Positions 19,325 through 29,769 are shown, counted from the first letter of the stretch. The stretch: 64,000 bases of DNA from an uncultured cyanobacterium (GCA_963793425.1 CAWCAG010000007.1:960001-1024000); one strand, 5' to 3'. Numbers and translations are program-made. Notes: generated by a model from the letters alone, not told the origin.

Positions 19325-20551
19325 ATGAAAAGCAAGCAACTGAGTTGCTACAGCCGCAGACTAACCAGTCTTGTGCTAGTAATTTTGCTAGCAAGTTGCG
19401 GTAACTCCAAATCAAAAACCGTTAATACAGTCGATCCTGCTGCTCAAGAAGATAATTCTGAGGCAGTTTTAGCTACCTCTGACCAAGAAGAGGCAGCAAC
19501 CATTAGTGAAATTCATAAAAGCCCTGTTTGGGCAAAATTGCTCAAGACCAACCAAGAAAAAGCAGCCAAGAAAAACATGATCTTAAGCTTTGGGGACACT
19601 GTACGTACCCAAGGGGAGGCTTTGGCGCAAATAGACATGAAAAGTGGCCTCGCTTTTCGCATCGGCGGAGATTCGGTTTTGACCATACAACCGGATAATA
19701 AACTTTATCTCAAAGAAGGGGAAATAATCACTTGGGTAGAACCAGGTAAACAAGTACCAGCCAAAATTGTTACCCCCAATGCCACAGCAGGTATTCGCGG
19801 TACTACGGTTTTTATTAAAACACCCAGTGATGCAAGCCAAGAAACAGAATTTTTAGCTTGGGAAGGTAGTGTTGCAGTTTCTCTTCCTAATCAGCCGGGG
19901 GAAGTATTACTTCAATCAGGGGAAGAAGTCAAAGTCAAAAAAAGTGATCAAAATATTGAGCAAATACGCCGCAGAGTACGCAAAATTCCTCGGCAAGAGT
20001 GGCTGCAACGTCGTCAGCAAAGTCGCCTGATCAATAATTTTAGTAGACCTTTACCAACTTTAGCAAAAATCGACGGAACAGCACCAGCACAACCAAAAGA
20101 TACAGCACCAATTCCCAGAAGCAATCCACAGCCACGAGTTAGTCCTGAAGAATCATTGATTCGTAGAGGAGGGAGTAGAAATGAGAGCAGAAATAGCGAA
20201 ATTCCCCCAGTAGAAGCTAAAACTTCTCCGACACCTGCTCAATCAAGACCTGCCACACCTGAGCCTAAACCTCGTCCAATTACCACAGTAACTCCGTTTA
20301 AACCAGAAAAGCCGCGACCAGAAACAACTGTAGAGTTGACCCCAACACCTGGTAAGGAAGAGCCTTCATCGGAAAAAGAAACAAATTCAATTCCGATTAA
20401 CTCAATTTATTGCTGGATTGAGACTAACAATTCAGAAAATACTCAGGTGGAAGAGCAAGCCGGAATTGAACATTTAATTTGTCCAGCTAAATCTACGAAA
20501 GTTGAAACTAAATCTCAAAATGAGACTCCCCCCCTCTCCTACATCTACTGA
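19325..20551 (+). CDS. FecR-domain lipoprotein with Pro-rich tail
   Basis: Lipobox LLASC; GDTVRT and IVTPNATAGIRGT FecR-like motifs. ATG 19325 is preferred over TTG 19313. Confidence 0.8.
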   Translation: MKSKQLSCYSRRLTSLVLVILLASCGNSKSKTVNTVDPAAQEDNSEAVLATSDQEEAATISEIHKSPVWAKLLKTNQEKAAKKNMILSFGDTVRTQGEALAQIDMKSGLAFRIGGDSVLTIQPDNKLYLKEGEIITWVEPGKQVPAKIVTPNATAGIRGTTVFIKTPSDASQETEFLAWEGSVAVSLPNQPGEVLLQSGEEVKVKKSDQNIEQIRRRVRKIPRQEWLQRRQQSRLINNFSRPLPTLAKIDGTAPAQPKDTAPIPRSNPQPRVSPEESLIRRGGSRNESRNSEIPPVEAKTSPTPAQSRPATPEPKPRPITTVTPFKPEKPRPETTVELTPTPGKEEPSSEKETNSIPINSIYCWIETNNSENTQVEEQAGIEHLICPAKSTKVETKSQNETPPLSYIY

Positions 20552-20590
20552 AGATAAATAACTAATTCCAACCACTAACTAAGTTAATTA

Positions 20591-22633
20591 ATGGAGTTTA
20601 GTCAACCCCAAAACAACAAGCGCCCTCCTCTCAAAAAGAAACAAAATCGTCCCACAGCCACCACTCAGCAAAGGATTTTCATCGCTATTTGGCGTTGGTT
20701 AAATTTGACAAGATTGAGTTACCTTTTTGTCTGCTGGTGGTCAATTTCTGGCGCGATCGCCACAGGATTAGATTTCCCGGTTGTACAACAAATAGAAAAA
20801 CAAGCTCAAGTTTTCTTTTTTAAGCTTCGAGGCCCCTTAGAACCTCCCAATGAGATTGTTATTCTTGATATTGATCAATCTTCTTTAGATCAAGGGAAAT
20901 TTTATCAAGCAGAACCAGAACTTTACCCGGAACTAGAACCTCTACAAGCTTGGCCTTGGAAGCGTACAGCCTATGCTGAAGCGATTACTAAAGTTATGGA
21001 AGCAGGGGCCAAAGCAGTTGCTGTGGATGTGATTCTCGACTTACCAAGTAGTTATGGGCAGGAAGACGATCTAAACTTACAACAGGTTTTACAAGAATAT
21101 GGCGATCGCATTATCTTAGCAGCCCATTATGAAGAAAATGAAGGACAAGGGGTTGCCCAAAGAACTTTATCTAAACCCGATGCTATTTTTCAAACTACTC
21201 CTGATAATTTGGGCTTAATTAATTATTGGTATGAAGCAGATGGTAGAGTTCACCGCTTAGCTACAGAATATAATGAACAGGTTTTGGCTCCTTGGGGTTT
21301 AGGTGAAGGAATACTTTCTTTTGCAGAAGCAACCTTGCAAGCAGCCAATATTGAGTTTGAGCAACCTCAAGGTCAATATATTGATTACTATGGCCCTCCT
21401 AATACTTTTAACCACGTACCCTTTTGGAATGTCCTTTATTCCCGCAATTGGCAGTTTCACTCCTCAAACCAAACTTTCAAAGACAAAATTGTCCTCATTG
21501 GTGCTACAGCCCCTACCTTAGAAGACTTCAAACGCACTCCCTTTACAGAAAATATGCCGGGGATAGAAGTTCATGCTAATGCGATCACAACTTTAATGAC
21601 AGGGAGTGTGATCGCAGAAGCTTTACCCTCTCCTCGTGCTAAGGGGCTTCTTGTTTTGTTAGGAGTTGCTGGGACAGGAGTTTTGCTAGTTAAGTCTCTT
21701 AAAAAACCTGTCTTAACTTTAGCAGGAGCTTTAGCTGGGGCTATTGTTTGGGGAGGCATTAGTTATCTTTGTTTTACCTATGCCAGTTTAATACTTCCTA
21801 CGGCTGTACCAACTGTTGCTCTTACCCTGACAGGGGTGTCTTGTTTGGCCGTAGGGGCGCTGAAAGCACAAATTGAAAGGTTACGCCTCTATCAAACTTT
21901 GGGACGCTATGTGGCTGCCCCTATCGTTAATGAAATCCTTACCCATCACTCCGACGACTTTCGAGAGCTTCTTAAGGGTAAAAAAATTAAAGCGGCGATC
22001 CTTTTTTCTGATATTCGCAGTTTTACCACCATGTCCCTCAAATTAGAACCAGAGGAACTAGTGGAAAAACTCAACACCTACCTTAACGCAATGGTGGAAG
22101 CCATTTTAGCAGAAGGAGGAACCTTGGATAAGTTCATCGGCGATGCTGTGATGGCTGAATTTGGTTCCCCCATTTCCAGGGGCGCAAAAGAAGATGCGAT
22201 GAATGCTGTACGCGCTGCGTTGAAGATGCGCGAAGCCTTGGCAGAGTTGCATAAGAGGTGGGAAGCAGAAGGGGAGGAGTTATTTTTTAATGGTATTGGA
22301 ATTAATTATGGGGAAGTGATTGCCGGAGATATTGGCTCTTCTACTCGGCGAGAATATGCAGTAATCGGCGATACAGTTAATGTTGCTAGTCGAGTAGAAG
22401 GATTAACAGGAAAACTTTGGGTTGATATCCTCATTACTGATTCTCTTTACGAACTCGTCAAAGAAGAAGTTCAAGTTATTCCTATGGGAGAACATCAATT
22501 AAAAGGAAGAGGAAAAAATAAGGTTAAACTCTATAGCTTAGTGGGGATGAAAGATGATGATATTTCTCTTTACCTCCATTTCCGTGATGAACTTCGCCAT
22601 CGTTTTGGTTATCAGCAAAGAAGTAGTAGCTAA
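20591..22633 (+). CDS. CHASE2-domain class III adenylate/guanylate cyclase
   Basis: IVILDID, WPWKR and MPGIEVHANA (CHASE2); 3 TM helices; FSDIRSFT, DKFIGDAVMA and IGDTVNVASRVEG. Confidence 0.93.
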   Translation: MEFSQPQNNKRPPLKKKQNRPTATTQQRIFIAIWRWLNLTRLSYLFVCWWSISGAIATGLDFPVVQQIEKQAQVFFFKLRGPLEPPNEIVILDIDQSSLDQGKFYQAEPELYPELEPLQAWPWKRTAYAEAITKVMEAGAKAVAVDVILDLPSSYGQEDDLNLQQVLQEYGDRIILAAHYEENEGQGVAQRTLSKPDAIFQTTPDNLGLINYWYEADGRVHRLATEYNEQVLAPWGLGEGILSFAEATLQAANIEFEQPQGQYIDYYGPPNTFNHVPFWNVLYSRNWQFHSSNQTFKDKIVLIGATAPTLEDFKRTPFTENMPGIEVHANAITTLMTGSVIAEALPSPRAKGLLVLLGVAGTGVLLVKSLKKPVLTLAGALAGAIVWGGISYLCFTYASLILPTAVPTVALTLTGVSCLAVGALKAQIERLRLYQTLGRYVAAPIVNEILTHHSDDFRELLKGKKIKAAILFSDIRSFTTMSLKLEPEELVEKLNTYLNAMVEAILAEGGTLDKFIGDAVMAEFGSPISRGAKEDAMNAVRAALKMREALAELHKRWEAEGEELFFNGIGINYGEVIAGDIGSSTRREYAVIGDTVNVASRVEGLTGKLWVDILITDSLYELVKEEVQVIPMGEHQLKGRGKNKVKLYSLVGMKDDDISLYLHFRDELRHRFGYQQRSSS

Positions 22634-23192
22634 TTGCTACTTGCTAATGGCTAATAGTGACCAACTTCTTTCTTATCAGCGACAGGAAAATGAGAAATTT
22701 TAGCCAAAACCACTACATTCATCACAATAGCAGCAATTCTTTCTAGGTCTTGACTAGGATAGCTTTCTGCCCTAACTAAGGTCACGAGAGTTTGTTAAGG
22801 CTTTGTGTAGAAATGTAACAATTAACGATCCCTATTAAGAAACATGGCGGTTTCTTGACTTAATAGCTAAGCTGTGAGAGAAGTTACAAATTACTGAGTA
22901 TTTGTACCCACCGAGGAGGAAGTATGCCTAAATCAATTTTGGTTCTTCATTTGTTTTATTGATTGCAACTTTGCCTAAAAGCTGTTTAACACTACCCAAC
23001 GACTAAACAGTTTTTTGCTGCTCTGTGTGGTTCCCCTATCCAATAATTATTCCCAGATTTCAGTCTGAATTTATCTGTTCAACCCAAGCCGCTTTTCGTC
23101 TTACTAAGGACATTTCCCTAAAAATGCTAGTACAGCTAAACATTTGCTGGCATTAAACCAAGAGTGAGACATCAAAAAATGGAGGTCTTGAT

Positions 23193-23963
23193 ATGACGCA
23201 ACTTAAAGGAAAAACTGCTTTGATTACCGGTGCTTCCCGTGGCATTGGGCGTGCGATCGCCCTTGAGTTAGCCCAGCAAGGTATGAAGCGTTTGTTATTG
23301 GTAGCTCGCGACGCTACTAAATTAGCTGAATTAGCCAGAGAAATTGAAACTCTTGATTTAGAAGTAGTAATTCTTAGCCTAGACTTAACTCAACCCATTG
23401 CTGTTCACACAACCCTGGCCAAAGCTTGGCGAGACTTTGGTCCTATCGATTTACTGGTCAACTGTGCAGGTGTTGCCCACCAAACCCCCTTCTTGCAATC
23501 TAAGCTTCCTCAATTACACGAGGAAATCTCCCTCAACCTGATGGGAACTTACACAATTACTCGCTCGGTGGCTAAACGCATGGCTGCCCGCAAAGAAGGG
23601 ACAATTGTTAATGTTTCTAGCTTGATGGGTAAGGTTGCCGCACCAACAATGTCAACCTACTCAGCTACTAAATTTGCTCTTTTAGGCTTCACCAAAGCTT
23701 TGCGAAGTGAATTAGCAACTCACCACATCAAAGTTGTCGCTTTGTTACCCTCTTTAACAGATACGGATATGGCAAGAAAACTGAAGTTATTCCGTTGGGT
23801 AAAACCGATGACTTCTCAACAGGTAGCCAAGGCACTTATTACCGGACTACATAAGGACTCCTCAGAAATTTTAGTTGGCTGGCAAAGTTATTTAGCGGTG
23901 TGGTGTGAATTCTTTGCTCCCTGGTTGATGGAGAAGGTTTTACTGTTAGCAGCCCCTCTTTAA
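23193..23963 (+). CDS. SDR family oxidoreductase
   Basis: TGASRGIG, VNCAG and YSATK. Confidence 0.92.
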   Translation: MTQLKGKTALITGASRGIGRAIALELAQQGMKRLLLVARDATKLAELAREIETLDLEVVILSLDLTQPIAVHTTLAKAWRDFGPIDLLVNCAGVAHQTPFLQSKLPQLHEEISLNLMGTYTITRSVAKRMAARKEGTIVNVSSLMGKVAAPTMSTYSATKFALLGFTKALRSELATHHIKVVALLPSLTDTDMARKLKLFRWVKPMTSQQVAKALITGLHKDSSEILVGWQSYLAVWCEFFAPWLMEKVLLLAAPL

Positions 23964-23979
23964 GGGCTTAGGCTTATGG

Positions 23980-24015
23980 ATAATTGATAATTATGAATTC
24001 ATAATTATCAATTAT
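23980..24015. repeat. Perfect 36-bp palindrome
   Basis: ATAATTGATAATTATGAATTCATAATTATCAATTAT equals its own reverse complement. Confidence 0.95.
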
Positions 24016-24217
24016 TGAACTGTTTGTTTAGCAACTTTCCCTAAATTTAATTAGCAAACAATTTGGAAAATAAGAAGTCGTTAGTCAGTTGAATCAATAA
24101 TGAAGTAGACATGAACTCATGAACTAATGTAATAGTAGAATTCCAGAAAACGTGCTATTTTTTTAAATAAATAGGGGTATACCTAGTTTAAGAAAAAACA
24201 AAAGTATTCATGTATAA

Positions 24218-24706
24218 GTGGAACTAAATTACAGAAAAAAAGAGTTTAGCCATGCCTACGTTCAAGCGGTAGCTTCAACCGCAGGATATTCATTTCACAA
24301 AGTAGCTAGGGCAGACAATACAGAGGAGTATGAAATATTAATTTCTGGTTCAACACCACAAGAAAAACAAAAGCCTCCGCAACTCAAAATCCAGGTTAGA
24401 CCTTTATCTGAGGAAACCATTAGAGGTGAATTTATTAAATATTCCCTTAAGCAAGAAACGTATAATCAATCACGCCTAGAGAATCCCCCCATACCCCGTC
24501 TGATGGTTTTTGTCTTGGTTTCTGATAATTTAGAAGAATGGGTTTATCAATCAGAAACAGAACTCTGTTTAAGACATCGTGCTTATTGGTTATCTCTTAA
24601 AGGAATGCCAGAAACTCAAGATAGCGAGAATGTCACCATCTATTTTCCTCGGCAACAAATTTTCTCAGTAGAAACTCTAAAAATGTTTATGGAACCAACA
24701 AAGTGA
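24218..24706 (+). CDS. DUF4365-like protein
   Basis: KEFSHAYVQAVASTAGY, IPRLMVFVLV, LRHRAYWLSLKG and VTIYFPRQQIFS. Confidence 0.75.
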   Translation: MELNYRKKEFSHAYVQAVASTAGYSFHKVARADNTEEYEILISGSTPQEKQKPPQLKIQVRPLSEETIRGEFIKYSLKQETYNQSRLENPPIPRLMVFVLVSDNLEEWVYQSETELCLRHRAYWLSLKGMPETQDSENVTIYFPRQQIFSVETLKMFMEPTK

Positions 24707-24745
24707 TACCAAATCCTGTTTAAGTAGCATAAGTTATCGGTGAGG

Positions 24746-24773
24746 GTAGGGAGTAGGGAGTAGGGAGTAGGGA
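24746..24773. repeat. STRR heptamer GTAGGGA x4
   Basis: Directly visible; the same unit, reverse-complemented, occurs at 42961-42987 and partly at 6495-6517. Confidence 0.9.
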
Positions 24774-24850
24774 GAAGGCCGCAGGCAGTAGGGTTTGAAA
24801 ACTTTTTTGAATTTTGTGTTTTGTTTTTAATAACCGGATTTGGAGTGAGT

Positions 24851-26026
24851 CTAATTTTGCCAATATTTGTAAGCTGCATAGGCTAAAGTAACCACCCCGG
24901 TAACAATAGCTGCCTCGTCAACTTCAAACTGAGGATGATGAAGAGGATAATTGGGCTGATTTTTTTTGCCAACCCCTAAGCGGAACATGATACCAGGCAA
25001 CTTATCTAAATAAACAGAAAAATCTTCTGCTCCTAAAGAAGGTTCACTAATAATTTGGACGTGATCACTACCCCATGCTTCTCTAGCTGCGGTTTCAACA
25101 ATTTGCGTTAATACTCCATCATTTTGTACTGAAGGTACACCTCGACGGTAGTTAAGTTTGTAACTAGCCCCGTAGGTGTTGCACACACTGGCAACAATAT
25201 TTTCAATCCACTGGGGTAACTCTGCATGGGTATCTCGGTGGAGCGATCGCACAGTTCCTAACATTTTTACTTGATCAGCAATAATATTAGGCGCTCTTCC
25301 TCCTTCTATTTTACCAATAGTTAGTACCACAGGATGCAAAGGGTTATGGGTACGGCTAATCGCCTGTTGTAAGTTGGTTATTACTTGGGCCGCAATCCAA
25401 ATGGCATCAACAGCTTCGTGGGGACGGGCCCCATGGCCAGATTCTCCTTGAATGTAGATTTCGAGATCATCTGCTGCCGCAGTTAAGGAACCATAGCGAA
25501 TGCCCACAGAACGAGCAGGAATGGAAGGAAAGACATGAACCCCAAAAATTGCTTCCACCCCATCAACTGCACCGTCTTGCACCATCCAAGCCGCACCCTG
25601 AGCAATTTCTTCAGCAGGTTGAAAGAGAAAGCGCATATTTCCTGGTAAAGTTTCTCCTAATTGCGACAATACCATTGCTGTTCCTAAGCCCAAGGTCGTA
25701 TGAACATCGTGGCCACAAGCGTGCATGATTCCTGGTTGACGAGAAGCAAATTCTAGGTTAGTACGTTCTTGGATTGGTAAAGCATCCATATCGGTGCGAA
25801 TAGCGAGGGTTCGTTGTGGGTTACTCTCCCCCGGCAAATTTCCTATTACGCCAGTTTTGCCGACGGATTCTTTGACATGAATACCACAGGAAGATAATAC
25901 TCCGGCTACATAAGCAGCAGTTTGATATTCTTCACCGCTTAATTCCGGATGGGCATGAATATGTCGCCGAATCTCAATTAATCTTGGTGCTAAATTTTCT
26001 GTTAATTCTTTAATACGAGTAAGCAT
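24851..26026 (-). CDS. M20 family amidohydrolase
   Basis: RRHIHAHPELS, RTDMDALP, MHACGHD, FQPAEE and GAEDF. Start MLTRIKEL at 26026 is preferred. Confidence 0.92.
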   Translation of the reverse strand: MLTRIKELTENLAPRLIEIRRHIHAHPELSGEEYQTAAYVAGVLSSCGIHVKESVGKTGVIGNLPGESNPQRTLAIRTDMDALPIQERTNLEFASRQPGIMHACGHDVHTTLGLGTAMVLSQLGETLPGNMRFLFQPAEEIAQGAAWMVQDGAVDGVEAIFGVHVFPSIPARSVGIRYGSLTAAADDLEIYIQGESGHGARPHEAVDAIWIAAQVITNLQQAISRTHNPLHPVVLTIGKIEGGRAPNIIADQVKMLGTVRSLHRDTHAELPQWIENIVASVCNTYGASYKLNYRRGVPSVQNDGVLTQIVETAAREAWGSDHVQIISEPSLGAEDFSVYLDKLPGIMFRLGVGKKNQPNYPLHHPQFEVDEAAIVTGVVTLAYAAYKYWQN

Positions 26027-26171
26027 GGCAAACTTGATAAGCTTTAAGTATTTGTTATCAGTTAATATTATCTTGCTTAACTCAATTGATTTTTGTACCA
26101 ATTCTTGCAAAGTTAAGCTATTGAACAGCTAGTTAGATAAACCAAAATCCCTAATTGAAGAGGAAAATTTT

Positions 26172-26396
26172 ATGCCCCATACAATTGTTACAGAAACCTG
26201 CGAAGGCGTTACGGATTGCGTTGATGCTTGTCCGGTGGCTTGCATTCATCCAGGACCAGGTAAAAATGTTAAAGGTACTGATTGGTATTGGATTGATTTT
26301 GCCACTTGTATAGATTGTGGTATTTGTTTACAAGTTTGCCCTGTGGAAGGGGCAATTATTCCAGAGGAAAAACCTCAACTTCAGAAGACTCCCTAG
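26172..26396 (+). CDS. Bacterial-type dicluster ferredoxin (3Fe-4S/4Fe-4S)
   Basis: CEGVTDCVDACPVACI and CIDCGICLQVCP. Confidence 0.93.
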   Translation: MPHTIVTETCEGVTDCVDACPVACIHPGPGKNVKGTDWYWIDFATCIDCGICLQVCPVEGAIIPEEKPQLQKTP

Positions 26397-26450
26397 GGGA
26401 GAGGGGGAGAAAACTGTTCCCCATACATATTCAATTTCAATAATAAATGT

Positions 26451-27809
26451 TCAACGATAAAGCCGAGTAGCGAAATTCTCGGAACGTTTTGGTGAAAGCG
26501 CCCTGGCTTTGAGGATGGCAGCAGTTAAAAAGGCATAGGAAATAACTCCTACTATGGCTAAAAGTAAAGAACTATAGTAACCGCTAGCATTCCATAAAGC
26601 ATGGAGGAAAGAGGCGGTGAGATAGCCGACTAAAAGAATTTGCCAACCTTTTTTCGGTTTGAGTACACTCAGTCCTACAAAGTAGCCAAGATAGCCGCTG
26701 TAGGCCATATGCCCAGCCACAGAGCCTAATATTCTTGGTATCAATAGGTGTAAGCCAGCTAATTGTGCTGCCTCACCTCCTGCTTGGAGGGTAATATCAT
26801 CAATAATACTCGGTACATATTGCCCCAGAGTTTCTAGGAGAGTAAAACCGACGGCGGAGGCTGTACCGAGGAGTATACCATCAAGGGGTTCTTCCACCCC
26901 TAAACGTTCTCGCCAAGGGGAATTAAATAATCTCCCCACTAAATATGCTCCTAAAATGGGTAAGGCTTTAAGTAATTCTTCCATCAACCCTGCCCCGAAG
27001 AACATATTAATTAAAAGCACCAAAAAACTGACATTAACATCTGCTTCTGGTACTGTTCCTGGGAGAATTTCTCGGAAGAAGATGATAAAAACAGTTAGTA
27101 AAGGGCTGATGAGAATAATGCTGGTGGTTAAGGCAGAAGCGAGTAAGACGAACCAGGATTTTGGTTTGCCACAAAGTTGATAGATGTAGTAGTATGCAAT
27201 GCCAGAAATGTAGGCAGCAATGAGGAAGTTGTAAACCCTGGGTTCTCCTACCGCAGCGAACATAGAAACAACAAATAAAACTGTGAGGATGCCAGGGATG
27301 AGATAGGCTTTATTTCTTAAGTCTTTCCCGGTAGAAGCAATGGGGAATAGTTGGGTAAAGGTAACAGAGTCATTTTCTGGTGGGGTAGGAACTTGAGAAA
27401 GAGAACTTCCTGTATTAGCTACCGGAGGGGTAAGAGGAGGATCTGGAACTAAAAGAGGTGTGGGTTGTAACAACTCAAAGACAAATTCTGGCCCATCATT
27501 ACCTAAACGGAGGCGATCGCCATTTCGTAAAGTTTGACAGCCATATAAGCGTTGGTTGTTGACAAAACTACCATTAGAACTATCTAAGTCGCATACTTCC
27601 CACATCTCGGAACTAGAACCCAACCAGCGAATACAAAGATGCCGACGAGATACTCCTGTATAGAGATTTATCCCTAAAGGAATTTCGCAGCTAGGATCTC
27701 TGCCGATGATAGCTTCTTGCCCCTCAGAAAGTTCATAGGGAGGTAAAGTTTGCCCCCCCACATCTCCCGTTGATAGCTGCTTGAGATATCCCTTTACTTG
27801 GCTGGCCAT
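26451..27809 (-). CDS. FHA-domain PrsW-family intramembrane protease
   Basis: FHA motifs (IGRD, VSRRH, SSNGSFVN); PrsW motifs EELLK, FTLLET, GHMAYSG and LHALWN. Confidence 0.9.
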   Translation of the reverse strand: MASQVKGYLKQLSTGDVGGQTLPPYELSEGQEAIIGRDPSCEIPLGINLYTGVSRRHLCIRWLGSSSEMWEVCDLDSSNGSFVNNQRLYGCQTLRNGDRLRLGNDGPEFVFELLQPTPLLVPDPPLTPPVANTGSSLSQVPTPPENDSVTFTQLFPIASTGKDLRNKAYLIPGILTVLFVVSMFAAVGEPRVYNFLIAAYISGIAYYYIYQLCGKPKSWFVLLASALTTSIILISPLLTVFIIFFREILPGTVPEADVNVSFLVLLINMFFGAGLMEELLKALPILGAYLVGRLFNSPWRERLGVEEPLDGILLGTASAVGFTLLETLGQYVPSIIDDITLQAGGEAAQLAGLHLLIPRILGSVAGHMAYSGYLGYFVGLSVLKPKKGWQILLVGYLTASFLHALWNASGYYSSLLLAIVGVISYAFLTAAILKARALSPKRSENFATRLYR

Positions 27810-27930
27810 TTGTTAATTGTCAGTCTCTAAGTTGTTGTTTGTTCTTTGGTTTAGGATAACTTAATTGAGATTTGTCATTTATCATTGGACTATCAAGCAT
27901 TGAGGCTTTGCTGAATGTGGGATTCCGCAG

Positions 27931-29595
27931 CTAAGCAAACTTGCTCAAATAGTTATGAACAAACTGGACGCAAATAGAGCCTTCCCCCACTCCAGAAGCA
28001 ACTCGTTTGATGGAACCGTGACGTACATCTCCTACAGCAAAGATACCGGGAATGTTAGTTTCTAAAAGATAAGGTTCCCTTTCTGAAGTCCAGCCCTGGG
28101 GACGGTTGCCCTTGCGGGGTAAATCAGCCCCGGTTAGGATGAATCCTCGCTCACTTCTGGCTAAGATTCCCTCTAGCCAATCAGTATGAGGTACAGCACC
28201 GATGAAAATAAAGAGGGAATTAGCCGCAACAGTTTCGCTTTCACCAGTTTGAGAATTTTCGATTACTAAAGCTTCTAAGCTATCTTCTCCTTTCGCTTCT
28301 GTGACGCTGCAATGGGTCTGAACAACAATGTTATCGGTTTCGTCAATTTGGTCAATTAGGTATTGGGACATACTTTTCGTTAAAGAGTCTCCCCTAACCA
28401 ACATAGTAACTTTACTAGCATACTTAGAAAAGTACATTGCTCCCTGTCCGGCAGAATTAGCCCCACCAATCACATAGACATCTTCATCGCGGCAAGATAG
28501 GGCTTCAGTTTGGGCCGCACCGTAGTAGACTCCTGCCCCAGTTAACCTATTAATCCCTGGTACATTGAGTTTGCGCCACCAAACTCCCAAAGCTAAAATG
28601 ACCGCATGACAACTTATTTCTGCACCGTCTTTAAGGGTAAGGATGCGATAATCATCCTGAATTCGTAACCCCGTAACTTCTTGGGGAGTGAGAATTTCCA
28701 CCCCGAAGCGTTTGGCTTGGGTAACTGCCCGCCTTGCTAAATCTGCCCCACTCAAACCCACAGGAAAACCGAGATAGTTTTCGATGCGGGAACTAGTCCC
28801 CGCTTGGCCTCCTGGGGCTTCTCTTTCAATGGTAACTGTGTGGAGTCCTTCAGAAGCACCATAAACGGCTGCCGCTAAACCTGCTGGCCCGCCTCCCACC
28901 ACAACTAAATCATAAAAAGGCTTTTCCGCTTGGGTTTGCAGCCCAATTTTGTCAGCAATTTGCACATTTTCTGGTTGAATAAGGCGATCGCCCCCAGGAA
29001 ACAAAACTTGGGGAAGTTGAGGTTTTTCTTCTTCGGTATAGCTGAGAAGTTTTTGGGCCTCTTCTTCCCTTTCCACATCTAACCAGCGATAGGGAATTTG
29101 ATTACGGGCGAGAAAATCTTTGATATTGTGGGAACGAGGCGACCAGCGATCGCCGATGACGCGAATGCCATTAAATTCTGGGTTGAAGGAAGCTAACCAA
29201 TCTTCTAAAAGGTCATCCAAAATAGGATATAGCCTTTCTTCTGGGGGGTCCCAAGGCTTGAGTAAATAGTAATCTAGTCTAGCTGTATTAATCGCTCTAA
29301 TGGCAGCTTCTGTATCAGCATAGGCAGTTAGCAAAACTCGCTTGGCTTGGGGAAATATTTCCCCTGCTTGTTCAACAAATTCTACCCCAGACATTTGGGG
29401 CATCCTCTGATCTACTAAAAATAAAGAGACTGTTTCGTTGCGTAACTTAAGCTGTTTAATCGCATCGAGGGCAGTAGCCCCGGAGTCTGCACGAATAACT
29501 CGAAAGCGATCACCATATTGTCGCCGCAAGTCCCGCCCTACAGCTTGTAATACTCCAGGATCGTCGTCTACTGCAATGATTGCTGGTTTGGCCAT
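27931..29595 (-). CDS. Receiver domain fused to thioredoxin-reductase-like flavoprotein
   Basis: AVDDD, VDQRMP and KPW receiver; GGGPAG, GGANSAG and FAVGDVR. Start MAKPAII at 29595 is preferred. Confidence 0.9.
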   Translation of the reverse strand: MAKPAIIAVDDDPGVLQAVGRDLRRQYGDRFRVIRADSGATALDAIKQLKLRNETVSLFLVDQRMPQMSGVEFVEQAGEIFPQAKRVLLTAYADTEAAIRAINTARLDYYLLKPWDPPEERLYPILDDLLEDWLASFNPEFNGIRVIGDRWSPRSHNIKDFLARNQIPYRWLDVEREEEAQKLLSYTEEEKPQLPQVLFPGGDRLIQPENVQIADKIGLQTQAEKPFYDLVVVGGGPAGLAAAVYGASEGLHTVTIEREAPGGQAGTSSRIENYLGFPVGLSGADLARRAVTQAKRFGVEILTPQEVTGLRIQDDYRILTLKDGAEISCHAVILALGVWWRKLNVPGINRLTGAGVYYGAAQTEALSCRDEDVYVIGGANSAGQGAMYFSKYASKVTMLVRGDSLTKSMSQYLIDQIDETDNIVVQTHCSVTEAKGEDSLEALVIENSQTGESETVAANSLFIFIGAVPHTDWLEGILARSERGFILTGADLPRKGNRPQGWTSEREPYLLETNIPGIFAVGDVRHGSIKRVASGVGEGSICVQFVHNYLSKFA

Positions 29596-29769
29596 AATAG
29601 TTAAATCACCATTGATCATTTATCATTAAACATTTATCATTAATCGTTTGTCATTGGTGTTAAGTCTCCAACAAACGAGTGAGAATTGCTATTTAAGGCA
29701 ATGAAACCATGGCTTTCCTTGTTGTAGTCAAGTTTGATTTGAGTTTGATTTTATATTAAATCTACTCCC

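Noticed and set aside
22807..22821. NtcA site TGTAGAAATGTAACA upstream of the SDR gene
   Set aside because: It does not fit GTA-N8-TAC.
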